DNA of 64,000 nucleotides. It comes from Acidobacteriota bacterium (GTDB taxonomy: Bacteria; Acidobacteriota; Thermoanaerobaculia; UBA5066). This document shows, piece by piece, positions 31,497-42,657 of the stretch; position 1 is the first letter of the stretch; each line of letters starts with the position of its first letter. Where the stretch lies: the NCBI GenBank assembly GCA_036759345.1, contig DAIOUV010000006.1:28438-92437 (forward strand), read 5' to 3'. Below the pieces are notes generated by a model, which was not told the origin of the DNA, searched no databases, and worked only from the letters and a program-made list of their open reading frames with translations. Made by a program: the position numbers and the translations under genes.

Positions 31497-32894
31497 ATGC
31501 CAACCCCTCTCAGGGAACGCCCCAAACCCGTCCTCCTGCCCGAATACTGCAAGGGCTGTGGACGCTGCATCGACTCGTGCGCGAAGCACTGCATCGAGCC
31601 CGGCTCCGAGATCGACCCCCTGACGGGCCTCGTGCCGGTGACCCTCAACCTCGACGCGTGTAACGCGTGCGGGCTCTGCATGGAGGCCTGCCCCGAGCCA
31701 TACGGGCTCCGGCCGCAGGTGGAGGGCGCCGGCTTCGAGCTCCAGGACCCGGAGAAACTCTTCGGCGGCCGGCCAGCGATCCGTCCCCGGCCCGCGGCGA
31801 TTCCGCCGGAAGAGATCCCGCTCCCGCCCGTCTCGCCGCTCGTGCTGAAGGGAAACTATGCGTCGGCGATCGGGGCCCTTCTCGCCGGATGCCGGCACGT
31901 GTTCGGCTATCCGATCACGCCCTCCACCGAGGGCGCCGAGCTGATGGCGAAGCTCCAGCCGAAGCTCGACGGCATCTTCTTTCAGGCGGTGAGCGAGGTC
32001 GCGACCGTGAACATGATGTACGGCTGCGGGGGCGCGGGCCTGCCGTGCATGACGTTCACGTCGTCGCCCGGCTTCAGTCTCATGCTCGAGGGGATCTCCT
32101 ACATGATCGGCGCCGAGGTGCCCGGCGTCTTCGTGAACGTGATGCGCGGCGGCCCCGGCCTCGGCAACATCGCGCCCGAGCAGGCCGACGTGAAGCTCGT
32201 GTGCCGCGGCCTCGGCCACGGCAACACGCACGCGATCGTGCTCGCTCCTTCGACCCCGCAGGAGATGCTCGACCTGACACGGCTCGCCTTCGAGCTGGCG
32301 TTTCGCTACCGGAATCCGGTCGTCGTCGTCGCGGACGGTTACCTCGGGCAGATGACCGGCAAGGTCGTCCTTCCGTCCACGATGGTCCGGCCCGGCCTCC
32401 CCGACTGGGCGGTCTTCGGCGACGGCGCCCACCGCGGCAACCTCATGTCCTCGATCTTTCTCGACGAAAAGGATCTCGAGGCCCATAACGTGCGCCTGAA
32501 CGAGAAGTACCTAGCGATGGAGTCAGAGCAGAGGGCCGATCTCTTCGCCTGCGGCGACGCGTCCACGCTCGTCATTGCGTTCGGCACGCCCGCGCGGATG
32601 GCGAAGGGGGCGGTGGAGGCGCTGCGCGGCGAGGGCCTTCCTGTCGGGCTCTTCCGTCCGCTCACGCTCTGGCCCTTCCCGATCGCCGCGCTCAAGGCGT
32701 TCCTGCCGAACGTGAAGAAGATCCTCGTCGTCGAGGCCAGCAACGGGCAGCTCGAGGACGAGCTTCGCCTCGCCCTCTCGAAGGCCGGGTTGGCGGCGCC
32801 GCCGATCGAATCCGTGCGTCACTTCGGAGGCGTCCTTCCCCAGTCGGCCGAGATCGCCGCGGCGGTCCGGAATCATGCGGAGGTGGCGGCATGA
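31497..32894 (+). CDS. 2-oxoacid:ferredoxin oxidoreductase alpha subunit with fused N-terminal 2x[4Fe-4S] ferredoxin (delta) domain
   Basis: N-terminal CKGCGRCIDSC…CNACGLCMEAC ferredoxin motifs, then a KorA/PorA-type alpha domain (…GYPITPSTE…). Confidence 0.85.
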   Translation: MPTPLRERPKPVLLPEYCKGCGRCIDSCAKHCIEPGSEIDPLTGLVPVTLNLDACNACGLCMEACPEPYGLRPQVEGAGFELQDPEKLFGGRPAIRPRPAAIPPEEIPLPPVSPLVLKGNYASAIGALLAGCRHVFGYPITPSTEGAELMAKLQPKLDGIFFQAVSEVATVNMMYGCGGAGLPCMTFTSSPGFSLMLEGISYMIGAEVPGVFVNVMRGGPGLGNIAPEQADVKLVCRGLGHGNTHAIVLAPSTPQEMLDLTRLAFELAFRYRNPVVVVADGYLGQMTGKVVLPSTMVRPGLPDWAVFGDGAHRGNLMSSIFLDEKDLEAHNVRLNEKYLAMESEQRADLFACGDASTLVIAFGTPARMAKGAVEALRGEGLPVGLFRPLTLWPFPIAALKAFLPNVKKILVVEASNGQLEDELRLALSKAGLAAPPIESVRHFGGVLPQSAEIAAAVRNHAEVAA

Positions 32895-34312
32895 GCGTCT
32901 TCTACGAAAAGTTCGAGCGCCACGCGGGCGGCGCCGGGTTGAAGGGCCATGCCACGCATTACTGCCCCGGCTGCGGCCACGGGCTCGTGCACAAGTACCT
33001 CGCCGAGGCCATCGAGGAGCTCGGGATCCAGGACCGCACGGTCGCGATCTCGCCGGTGGGCTGCTCGGTTTTCCTCTATTACTACTTCGACGTCGGCAAT
33101 TCGCAGGCGGCACATGGACGCGCGCCCGCGGTGGCGCTCGGCCACAAGTACGCGAACCCGGATTCGGTCGTCGTCAGCTATCAGGGCGACGGCGACCTGG
33201 CCTCCATCGGGCTCGCGGAAATCGTCTCGGCCGCGCAGCTCGGCACGCCGATCACCGTGATCTTCGTGAACAACGCGATCTACGGCATGACGGGCGGCCA
33301 GATGGCTCCCACGACGCTCATCGGCCAGAAGAGCGCCACGAGCCCGGAGGGCCGCACCGCGATGATGGGGCAGCCGATCAAGATGGCCGAGCTCATCGCG
33401 GGCCTCGACGGGCCGGTGTATGTCGAGCGCGTCGCGCTCTTCGACGCGAAGCAGCGCATGAGGGCGAAGAAGGCCATTCTCAAGGCCGTCAGGATCCAGG
33501 CGGAGAACCGCGGCCTCGCGTTCGTCGAGGTGCTCGCCGAGTGCCCCACGCATCTCGGCATGACTCCCGAGGAGACCGAGGCCTGGGTGAAGGAGAAGAT
33601 GGTTCCGGTCTTCCCGCTCGGCGTGAAGAAGGACGCCGTTCCGGAACCGTGGTTCCACCTCGAGAAGCCCCGCTTCGACGCCGACAGCCTCCTCGCGGCC
33701 GTGGGGGCCTCCGCCGAGCGCCCGCCCCGGTTCGCGACGGGATTCCCGACGCACCTCGGCGGCACCGACATCGCGCTGAAGCTCGCGGGCGCGGGGGGCG
33801 ACGGCGCGCAGACGGCGGCCATGCTCCTGACGCGCGCCGCCATCCAAGAAGGCTATGACGCGACGCACATCCCCAGCTACGGGCCCGAGTCGCGCGGCGG
33901 CACGTCCTACGCCGACGTGCACGTGAGCGCGGACGAGGTGCTCTCGCCGGCCTCGCCGCATCCGCGGATCCTCGTGGCATTCAATGCCCCGAGCCTCGCG
34001 AAGTTCGCGCCGGACGTGGCGCCCGGCGGCACGATTCTCTACGACAGCTCCGTGGTGAAGGACCCTCCGGCTTTTCCGGACGGCGTCCACGCCTTCGGTG
34101 TGCCGTTCACGGAGATCGCCGTCGACCTCGGCAAAGTAATGGTGAAGAACATCGTTGCGCTCGGCGCGCTGCAGGCCGCGACGAAGCTCTTCCCCGAGGA
34201 GACGTTTCGCACGGCGATCCGCCTCGCCCTGAAGGACAAGTGCGCGCTGGTCCCTCTGAACGAAGAGGCCTTTTCGTGGGGCATGCGCGCCGTCCAGCCG
34301 CCTGCGAACTGA
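32891..34312 (+). CDS. 2-oxoacid:ferredoxin oxidoreductase beta (TPP-binding) subunit fused to gamma domain
   Basis: YCPGCGHG, GDGD TPP-binding motif, then a C-terminal POR-gamma-like domain. 4-nt overlap with the alpha subunit gene. Confidence 0.85.
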   Translation: MSVFYEKFERHAGGAGLKGHATHYCPGCGHGLVHKYLAEAIEELGIQDRTVAISPVGCSVFLYYYFDVGNSQAAHGRAPAVALGHKYANPDSVVVSYQGDGDLASIGLAEIVSAAQLGTPITVIFVNNAIYGMTGGQMAPTTLIGQKSATSPEGRTAMMGQPIKMAELIAGLDGPVYVERVALFDAKQRMRAKKAILKAVRIQAENRGLAFVEVLAECPTHLGMTPEETEAWVKEKMVPVFPLGVKKDAVPEPWFHLEKPRFDADSLLAAVGASAERPPRFATGFPTHLGGTDIALKLAGAGGDGAQTAAMLLTRAAIQEGYDATHIPSYGPESRGGTSYADVHVSADEVLSPASPHPRILVAFNAPSLAKFAPDVAPGGTILYDSSVVKDPPAFPDGVHAFGVPFTEIAVDLGKVMVKNIVALGALQAATKLFPEETFRTAIRLALKDKCALVPLNEEAFSWGMRAVQPPAN

Positions 34313-34328
34313 ACCAAGGAGACGCACC

Positions 34329-34604
34329 ATGAATCAGGACCTGATCCCCGTTTCGCTGACTCCCGCCGAGTACCGCCTGCTCATGGGCCTGCGCGATGTG
34401 CCGGAATCCTCGCTGAAGACGCGCGTGAAGGCGCTCATCGAAGCACTTTTCCTCATGGCCAAAGAGCCGCGCTGCCCCGAGCACCAGCCGGACGGCGTGC
34501 CGTGCGCCAGCGTGCACGCGAACTGCGACCAGTGCGTCGAGGTCACGCGCATGCTCGACGGCCTCGAGGCGATGGAACTGCAGATCCGCGGCTTCCCGGG
34601 ATGA
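34329..34604 (+). CDS. small 4-Cys hypothetical protein (C-x9-C-x6-C-x2-C)
   Basis: 91 aa. AAGGAG SD 8 nt upstream. ATGA overlap with the downstream acyl-CoA synthetase. No family recognised. Confidence 0.55.
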   Translation: MNQDLIPVSLTPAEYRLLMGLRDVPESSLKTRVKALIEALFLMAKEPRCPEHQPDGVPCASVHANCDQCVEVTRMLDGLEAMELQIRGFPG

Positions 34605-36877
34605 GCGGAACCGGCCCGGCTGCGCTCGGGGCCGCCGGGCCGGCGCCGATCTTCGAGGCAGCGCGCGCCGGCGGCCGGACGTCCCTTCTCGAGCACGAGG
34701 TGTACGCGCTACTCGCATGCGCGGGGTTCGACGTGCCCCGGCACGTGCTTTGGCCCGGCGCGCCCGGCGACCGCGTGCCCGCCGACGTCCGGAGCTTCCT
34801 GGAGGCCGCGCCGGGCGACGATGTCGTCCTCAAGATCGTCGCGCCCGGCCTCCTCCACAAGTCGGACGTGGGCGGCGTGGCCTTCGCGCGCCGCGAGCCG
34901 TCCGCTGTTCTGGACGGGGCGCAACGCATGTTCGCGGAAACGGGCCGGAAGGCACCCGGCGCCTCGCGCCTCGGCCTCCTCCTGCTCGAACGCCTCAAGG
35001 CGGTGAGCTCTCCTGCGGCGGAGGTGCTCGTTTCGTTCAAGCAGGACGTCGCCTTCGGGCCCGTGCTCCTCCTCGGGCTCGGCGGAGTCCTGACCGAGTG
35101 GTACGGCCGTCTCTCGGGAGGCTCTTCGACCATCATCCTTCAGCCTGGGCGCGTCGCCGAGGATCTTTCGAAGGCGCTCGGAACGAGTCCCGCGCTCCGG
35201 CTTCTCTTCGAAGGGGGACGGCTCCACGCCACGGCTCCGCTCTCTCTGTTCGCAGTCGCGGAGCGGCTCGAAGAGCTCGCGCGCGTCCTCGCCCCCTTCT
35301 CCCCCGAAAATGGAGAGGGTCTTCCGACGGTCGAGGAGGTCGAGATCAATCCCGTCGTCCTGACCGGCGACGGGCGCTGGGTGGCGGCGGACGGGAAGGC
35401 GAGCCTCTCGGAGCGCCGCGTCGTTCGGACGCGCCGCCCTCTCGAGAAGATCGAGAAGCTCCTCGCCCCCAAAAGCGCCGTCGTCTTCGGGGCCTCCGCC
35501 CACGACACGAACCCGGGGCGCATCATCCTGCGCAACCTGAGGGCGTCCGAAACGATCGCTTACGGCCGCCTGCGCGCCGTGCATCCGCGCGCCCTGACGA
35601 TCGACGGCGTGCCGTGCCTCCGGAAGGCATCGGAGCTCGAGGCCCCCGTGGACCTCGCGGTCGTCGCGATTCCGGCCGCCGGCGCGCGCGACGCCATCCG
35701 GGACCTCTGTGCGGGGAACCTCGCACGCGCGATCATCCTGATCCCGGGCGGCTTCTCGGAGACGGGGAACCGCGTCCTCGAGGACGAGATCAAAGCGGCC
35801 CTCGCGGAATCGCGGAAGCTGCCTTCGGGAGGCCCGGTCCTCGTAGGCGGAAACTGCCTCGGCGTCGTCTCGAAGCACGCCTACAACACGTTCTTTCTCC
35901 CGCAATACAAACTCCCGTTCCACGATGCGCCGGGGGACCGTCTCGTCGCGGTGAGCCAGAGCGGCGCGTACCTCGTGTCTCTCACGAGCAATCTCGACGG
36001 GATCGTGTTCCCGCGCGCGTCGATTTCCTACGGCAACCAGATCGACCTCACCGCGGCGGACTTTCTCGAGTACTTCGAGATGGACCCGTCCGTCCGGGTC
36101 CTCGCGTTCTACGTCGAAGGCTTCCTCCCGCTCGACGGCGCGCGCTTCGCGGCGATCGCGCGGCGGCTCACGGCCGCGGGCCGGCGCGTGCTCGTTTACA
36201 AGGCTGGCCGCACGCCTCTCGGCGCGCGGGCGGCCGAGAGCCACACGGCGTCCCTCGCCGGCGACTGGGAGGTCTCGCGCGCTCTCCTCGAAGGCGCGGG
36301 CGCCGTCGTGGCGGTCACGCTCGACATGTTCGAGGACCACACGAAGATCTTCACGATGCTCGCGGACCGTCTGCCGTCGGGACGGCGGCTCGCGGTCCTC
36401 TCGAACGCCGGCTTCGAGTGCGGGGCCGTGCTCGACCGCCTGTACGAGCTGACGCTTGCGGCGCTCTCTCCCGAGACGAAAGCGCGCCTCGCGGCCTGCC
36501 TCCCCGCGATCGCGCACGCGGACAACCCCGTCGACGCGACGCCGATGGCCGACACCGCCACGTTCGTCTCCGCGGCCGAGGCCCTGCTGCGCGACTCCGG
36601 AGTGGACGCACTGATCGTCTCGCCGATTCCGGTCACTCCGGCGCTCGACGACCTCGCGCCCGATCTCTCGGGCTCCCACACCGAGAACATCTACTCCCCG
36701 GGCTCGCTCGCGCAGGAGCTCCTGCGCGTCTTCCGTGAGACCGCCAAGCCGCTCGTCGTGAACGTCGATTCCGGGCGCCTCTACGACGACTTCGTCGGTG
36801 TCCTGCAACGCGGCGGGATCCCCGTCTACCGGAAGATCGACCGTGCCTCGCGCGCTCTCTCGGCGCTCTGCGCCTGA
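34601..36877 (+). CDS. ADP-forming acetyl/acyl-CoA synthetase (NDP-forming, fused ATP-grasp beta + CoA-binding alpha domains)
   Basis: ATP-grasp N-terminal part, then a CoA-binding/ligase-CoA part (…AVVFGASAHDTNPG…, …VSQSGAY…). 758 aa. The ORF-track N-terminal 33 aa overlapping the upstream gene are excluded. Confidence 0.85.
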   Translation: MSGTGPAALGAAGPAPIFEAARAGGRTSLLEHEVYALLACAGFDVPRHVLWPGAPGDRVPADVRSFLEAAPGDDVVLKIVAPGLLHKSDVGGVAFARREPSAVLDGAQRMFAETGRKAPGASRLGLLLLERLKAVSSPAAEVLVSFKQDVAFGPVLLLGLGGVLTEWYGRLSGGSSTIILQPGRVAEDLSKALGTSPALRLLFEGGRLHATAPLSLFAVAERLEELARVLAPFSPENGEGLPTVEEVEINPVVLTGDGRWVAADGKASLSERRVVRTRRPLEKIEKLLAPKSAVVFGASAHDTNPGRIILRNLRASETIAYGRLRAVHPRALTIDGVPCLRKASELEAPVDLAVVAIPAAGARDAIRDLCAGNLARAIILIPGGFSETGNRVLEDEIKAALAESRKLPSGGPVLVGGNCLGVVSKHAYNTFFLPQYKLPFHDAPGDRLVAVSQSGAYLVSLTSNLDGIVFPRASISYGNQIDLTAADFLEYFEMDPSVRVLAFYVEGFLPLDGARFAAIARRLTAAGRRVLVYKAGRTPLGARAAESHTASLAGDWEVSRALLEGAGAVVAVTLDMFEDHTKIFTMLADRLPSGRRLAVLSNAGFECGAVLDRLYELTLAALSPETKARLAACLPAIAHADNPVDATPMADTATFVSAAEALLRDSGVDALIVSPIPVTPALDDLAPDLSGSHTENIYSPGSLAQELLRVFRETAKPLVVNVDSGRLYDDFVGVLQRGGIPVYRKIDRASRALSALCA

Positions 36878-36886
36878 GGGCGCGCC

Positions 36887-39592
<2,706 letters not shown>

Positions 39593-39725
39593 CCGCGCCC
39601 GTGGGCGCGTCAACGACCGCCGGGCTGCGCCTCGAGACTCCCGAAAGAGTCGTCGTCACCGGCCCCCTCTGGCGGGTCGATGACGACTTGAAGAGGATGG
39701 AGAAGGAGGGATTCGGGGGAGCCCG

Positions 39726-40160
39726 CTATCCGGCCGCGATGTGGGCGCGGCCTTTCGTGTCTTCGCTGGATTCTTCTTCGTCCACGAGGTCATGGAGGGG
39801 GAGCGCGGCCGTTTCGAGCACGCCCTCCAGCTCGCGGATGCCCTCGCGGGCCGCGACGGAATAGGAGTTCGACTCGTCGTACCCGGATGCGGCGACGACC
39901 TTCTCGTATGTGAGGAGGGCCTTCGTCGGTTCCTGGAGAGCGTAGTGATAGGTGTGGGCCACCGTCATGCGCGCCTGCAGGTCGTAGGGGTTGAGGCGCA
40001 GGATCTTCGCCAGGAACACGAGCGCGTCGTTGTAGCGCTCCTCTTCGAGCGCGACTTCAGCGCGGTGGCGATAGAGCGCGACCTCTTCCTCGAGAGTGAA
40101 GTCCTCGCGCGACGTGGCGCTGAAGGGCGACCGGAAGGACTGGAACAGCTTTTCGATCAT
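39726..40160 (-). CDS. small TPR-like hypothetical protein
   Basis: 144 aa. GGAG SD 6 nt before the ATG at 40160. Acidic C-terminus. Upstream region is AT-rich. Confidence 0.5.
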   Translation of the reverse strand: MIEKLFQSFRSPFSATSREDFTLEEEVALYRHRAEVALEEERYNDALVFLAKILRLNPYDLQARMTVAHTYHYALQEPTKALLTYEKVVAASGYDESNSYSVAAREGIRELEGVLETAALPLHDLVDEEESSEDTKGRAHIAAG

Positions 40161-40261
40161 TCGCTCTCCTGACCGTTCCCGGAAGTTGTGGGGGCCGATT
40201 CGTGACCCACGATATGTTGGGGAGAGCTTAGAACCGCCAGGTGCTGAAATCAAGAGAGATT

Positions 40262-40300
40262 CCAGAAAAAAGAAGGCGAGGAGGCATATTTGCCTTACGT
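40262..40300 (-). terminator. candidate rho-independent terminator downstream of the ispB-like gene
   Basis: On the minus strand: AAGGC-aaatatgcctcctc-GCCTT followed by CTTTTTTCTGG, with a nested GGCA-AATA-TGCC hairpin. Lies ~100 nt after the TAA stop in an AT-rich intergenic region. Confidence 0.35.
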
Positions 40301-40404
40301 CCTTCGGCCAGCAGCCGCTCAATTCTGACTGACACTAGAAAGATTAGGCACAGCCCTCCCCGGACCTTATTTCATTCTAAGACATATATATTATTGATTT
40401 TAAA

Positions 40405-41478
40405 TTACTTACGCCGATTAGCAGCGTATTCCGCAGCCAGGAGGAACCCGTCGCGGGACGCGGTATCCGGGAAGCGCGAGGCGATTTCGCGCGCCCGCTC
40501 GGCATGGATCTCGACCATTTCGTGGGCGCGCTCGAGGGTGGAGAGGCGGTGGACGATCTCGAGGATCTGCTCGGGCCTCACCGAGTCGAATCCCTGCTCG
40601 GCGACGACCGTCTCCACGAGCCTGCGCTCGGCGCGCGTGGCGTGAGGCAGGCAGAGGATGAGAGGCAGTGTGAGCTTGCCCTCCTTGAGGTCGGAAAGGA
40701 CCGGCTTGCCGAGGTCGACCTCATTCGCCGTGTAGTCGAGGAGGTCGTCCTGGAGCTGGAAGGCGATCCCGAGCGACATTCCATACTCCCAGAGCCTTTC
40801 GCCCCAGACCTCGCGCGTCTCGCCGAACGCCTCCGTCACGAGGAACGACGGGATCTTGCACGCGCCCGCGAACAGCAGGGCCGTCTTGCGGCGCACGATG
40901 TCAAGATAACCATCGAGCGTGAGGTCGAGCAGTCCGCGCCGCTCGGCGCCGATGATTTCGCCTTCGGTCATGCGCAGTGTCACGTCCGACAGGAGGCGCA
41001 GGACGCGCAGATCGCCCTCTTCCAGGGCGATCTCCATGGATTTCATGTAGAGGAAATCGCCGAAGAGGACGGTCAGCTCGTTGCCCCAGCGGTGATTCAC
41101 GCTTGGCCGGCCGCGGCGCAGCTCGGCGTCGTCGATGATGTCGTCGTGGACGAGCGTCGCCGTGTGGATGAACTCGATCATCGCTGCGTAGCTCACGTCG
41201 CGCTCGCCCTCGTAGCCGAGGAGATGCGACCCGAGGAGGAGGAGCGCGGGCCGGATTCTCTTGCCGCCGCCCTCGACGAGATAGTCGCCGATGAGCGAGA
41301 TGGTCGGAATTCCCGAACGCGTGCGCTCCTGGAGGCGCGTCTCGACGAGCTTCAGCTTGCCTTCGATCGGCGCGAGGGCCGAAAGAAGGCGCCGCCCGTT
41401 TTCCCGCTCTTCGGCGGGAAGGGTGGCGACGAGCAAGCGGTCTTTCAGTGAGGTCTGGCTCATCGGCGTGGGGCGCAT
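40405..41478 (-). CDS. ispB: polyprenyl diphosphate synthase (octaprenyl/heptaprenyl-type, IspB-like)
   Basis: LVHDDIIDDAELRRG (first DDxxD) and FQLQDDLLD (second) motifs. The true start may be the Met at 41463. Confidence 0.85.
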   Translation of the reverse strand: MRPTPMSQTSLKDRLLVATLPAEERENGRRLLSALAPIEGKLKLVETRLQERTRSGIPTISLIGDYLVEGGGKRIRPALLLLGSHLLGYEGERDVSYAAMIEFIHTATLVHDDIIDDAELRRGRPSVNHRWGNELTVLFGDFLYMKSMEIALEEGDLRVLRLLSDVTLRMTEGEIIGAERRGLLDLTLDGYLDIVRRKTALLFAGACKIPSFLVTEAFGETREVWGERLWEYGMSLGIAFQLQDDLLDYTANEVDLGKPVLSDLKEGKLTLPLILCLPHATRAERRLVETVVAEQGFDSVRPEQILEIVHRLSTLERAHEMVEIHAERAREIASRFPDTASRDGFLLAAEYAANRRK

Positions 41479-41528
41479 CTTACCGCCCCTCTGCCCCTGT
41501 TTTCGCCCGGCCGCGTAGGCAGGATGCT

Positions 41529-42020
41529 CTAGCCCCGGAAGTTCGTGAACTGGAGAGGGATGCCGAAGTCGGCGCCGCGCAGGAGCGCGATGGCGGCCTG
41601 CAGATCGTCTTTCTTCTTGCCCGAGACGCGCAGCTGCTCGCCCTGGATCGCGACCTGCACTTTCAGCTTGCTGTCCTTGATCGCCTTGACGATCTCCTTC
41701 GCCTTCTCGGACGCGATGCCCTCGCGGATCGTGACGACCTGACGCACTGTGCCCTTCGTCGCGGGCTCGATCGTGCCGTAGTCGAGGGACTTCAGTGACA
41801 CGCCGCGCTTCACGAGCTTGGTCTGGAGGATGTCCGTCACGGCCTTCAGGCCGAACTCGTCGTTGGCCGTGAGCGTGAGCTCCTTGTCTTGCTGCACGAT
41901 TCCGGCGGCGCTGCCCTTCAGGTCGTAGCGCTGCGCGGTTTCCTTCTGGGCCTGCGCGACCGCGTTCGCGACCTCGGGGAGGTTGACTTCGGAGACGACG
42001 TCGAATGTGGAGTCGGCCAT
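41529..42020 (-). CDS. yajQ: YajQ-family (UPF0234) nucleotide-binding protein
   Basis: MADSTFDVVSEVNLPEVANAV… is a typical YajQ N-terminus. 163 aa. Confidence 0.8.
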   Translation of the reverse strand: MADSTFDVVSEVNLPEVANAVAQAQKETAQRYDLKGSAAGIVQQDKELTLTANDEFGLKAVTDILQTKLVKRGVSLKSLDYGTIEPATKGTVRQVVTIREGIASEKAKEIVKAIKDSKLKVQVAIQGEQLRVSGKKKDDLQAAIALLRGADFGIPLQFTNFRG

Positions 42021-42024
42021 GGCT

Positions 42025-42657
42025 TCACTCCGAAAGAATCTTCGTGCCCGCGGGGGGCGCGAGGGCAAAGTCCGAGTCCGGACGCTTCGGCCCGGACATC
42101 TTCTGCGTGAACGTGAACGCCGTGCGGTTGCCCGCGGCGTCCACGAGGATGAGCCTCTTCACGTCGCCCGTCGCGGCCGCGAGGATCGTGAGCGACTTCG
42201 GGTCGGCGCCAGCGCGCGGTGTGAGCGTGAGCTCGACGAGACCGGTGTCCGTCGGGGCGGCGCGCGCGGCGTAGCGTGCAAGGAGCGCCTCGGGCGACTC
42301 GAGGAAAACGAGAGGCAGGCGCGCGCGCTCCTCCGGCCTCAGGGTCCTCACGACGAGCTGCCGGTCGGCCGCCACGTACTGGCGGCCGGCCTTCCCGTCG
42401 AACGTGAAGACCTTCCCTTCCGGCCCGTCGTAGTCGAACCGCACGCGGTCGGGCGCCTGCAGGATGAGCCGCCCGGTCTCCGGCGCGGTCTCGGCGAACC
42501 CCGCGGGCGCATACGTCTGGACGAACGTGCAGGAGACCGAGCCCGGCGTCGCGTACGCCGCGCGGATCTTCGAGAGGATCTCGACCGGCTGCGCCGGCCG
42601 TGCTTCGAAGGCGAAGAGAAAGGAGAGGGAGGAGACGAAGACTGCGGCGCGTTTCAA
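42025..42657 (-). CDS. LolA-like outer-membrane lipoprotein carrier protein
   Basis: TTG start, signal peptide (KRAAVFVSSLSFLFAFEA), then a LolA-like beta-rich domain. The ORF-track N-terminal extension is nonsense overlapping purH. Confidence 0.6.
   Translation of the reverse strand: MKRAAVFVSSLSFLFAFEARPAQPVEILSKIRAAYATPGSVSCTFVQTYAPAGFAETAPETGRLILQAPDRVRFDYDGPEGKVFTFDGKAGRQYVAADRQLVVRTLRPEERARLPLVFLESPEALLARYAARAAPTDTGLVELTLTPRAGADPKSLTILAAATGDVKRLILVDAAGNRTAFTFTQKMSGPKRPDSDFALAPPAGTKILSE

Noticed and set aside
34709-36808. 699-aa minus-strand ORF and 673-aa plus-strand ORF (34717-36738) over the acyl-CoA synthetase gene
   Set aside because: Alternate or antisense frames of a gene with clear ATP-grasp/CoA-binding motifs. 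Arg-rich artefacts.
40226-40245. Sigma-54-like -24/-12 element (minus strand CTGGCGGTTCTAAGCT)
   Set aside because: The GG to GC spacing is one nucleotide short of the GG-N10-GC consensus, and no TTGC core is present.
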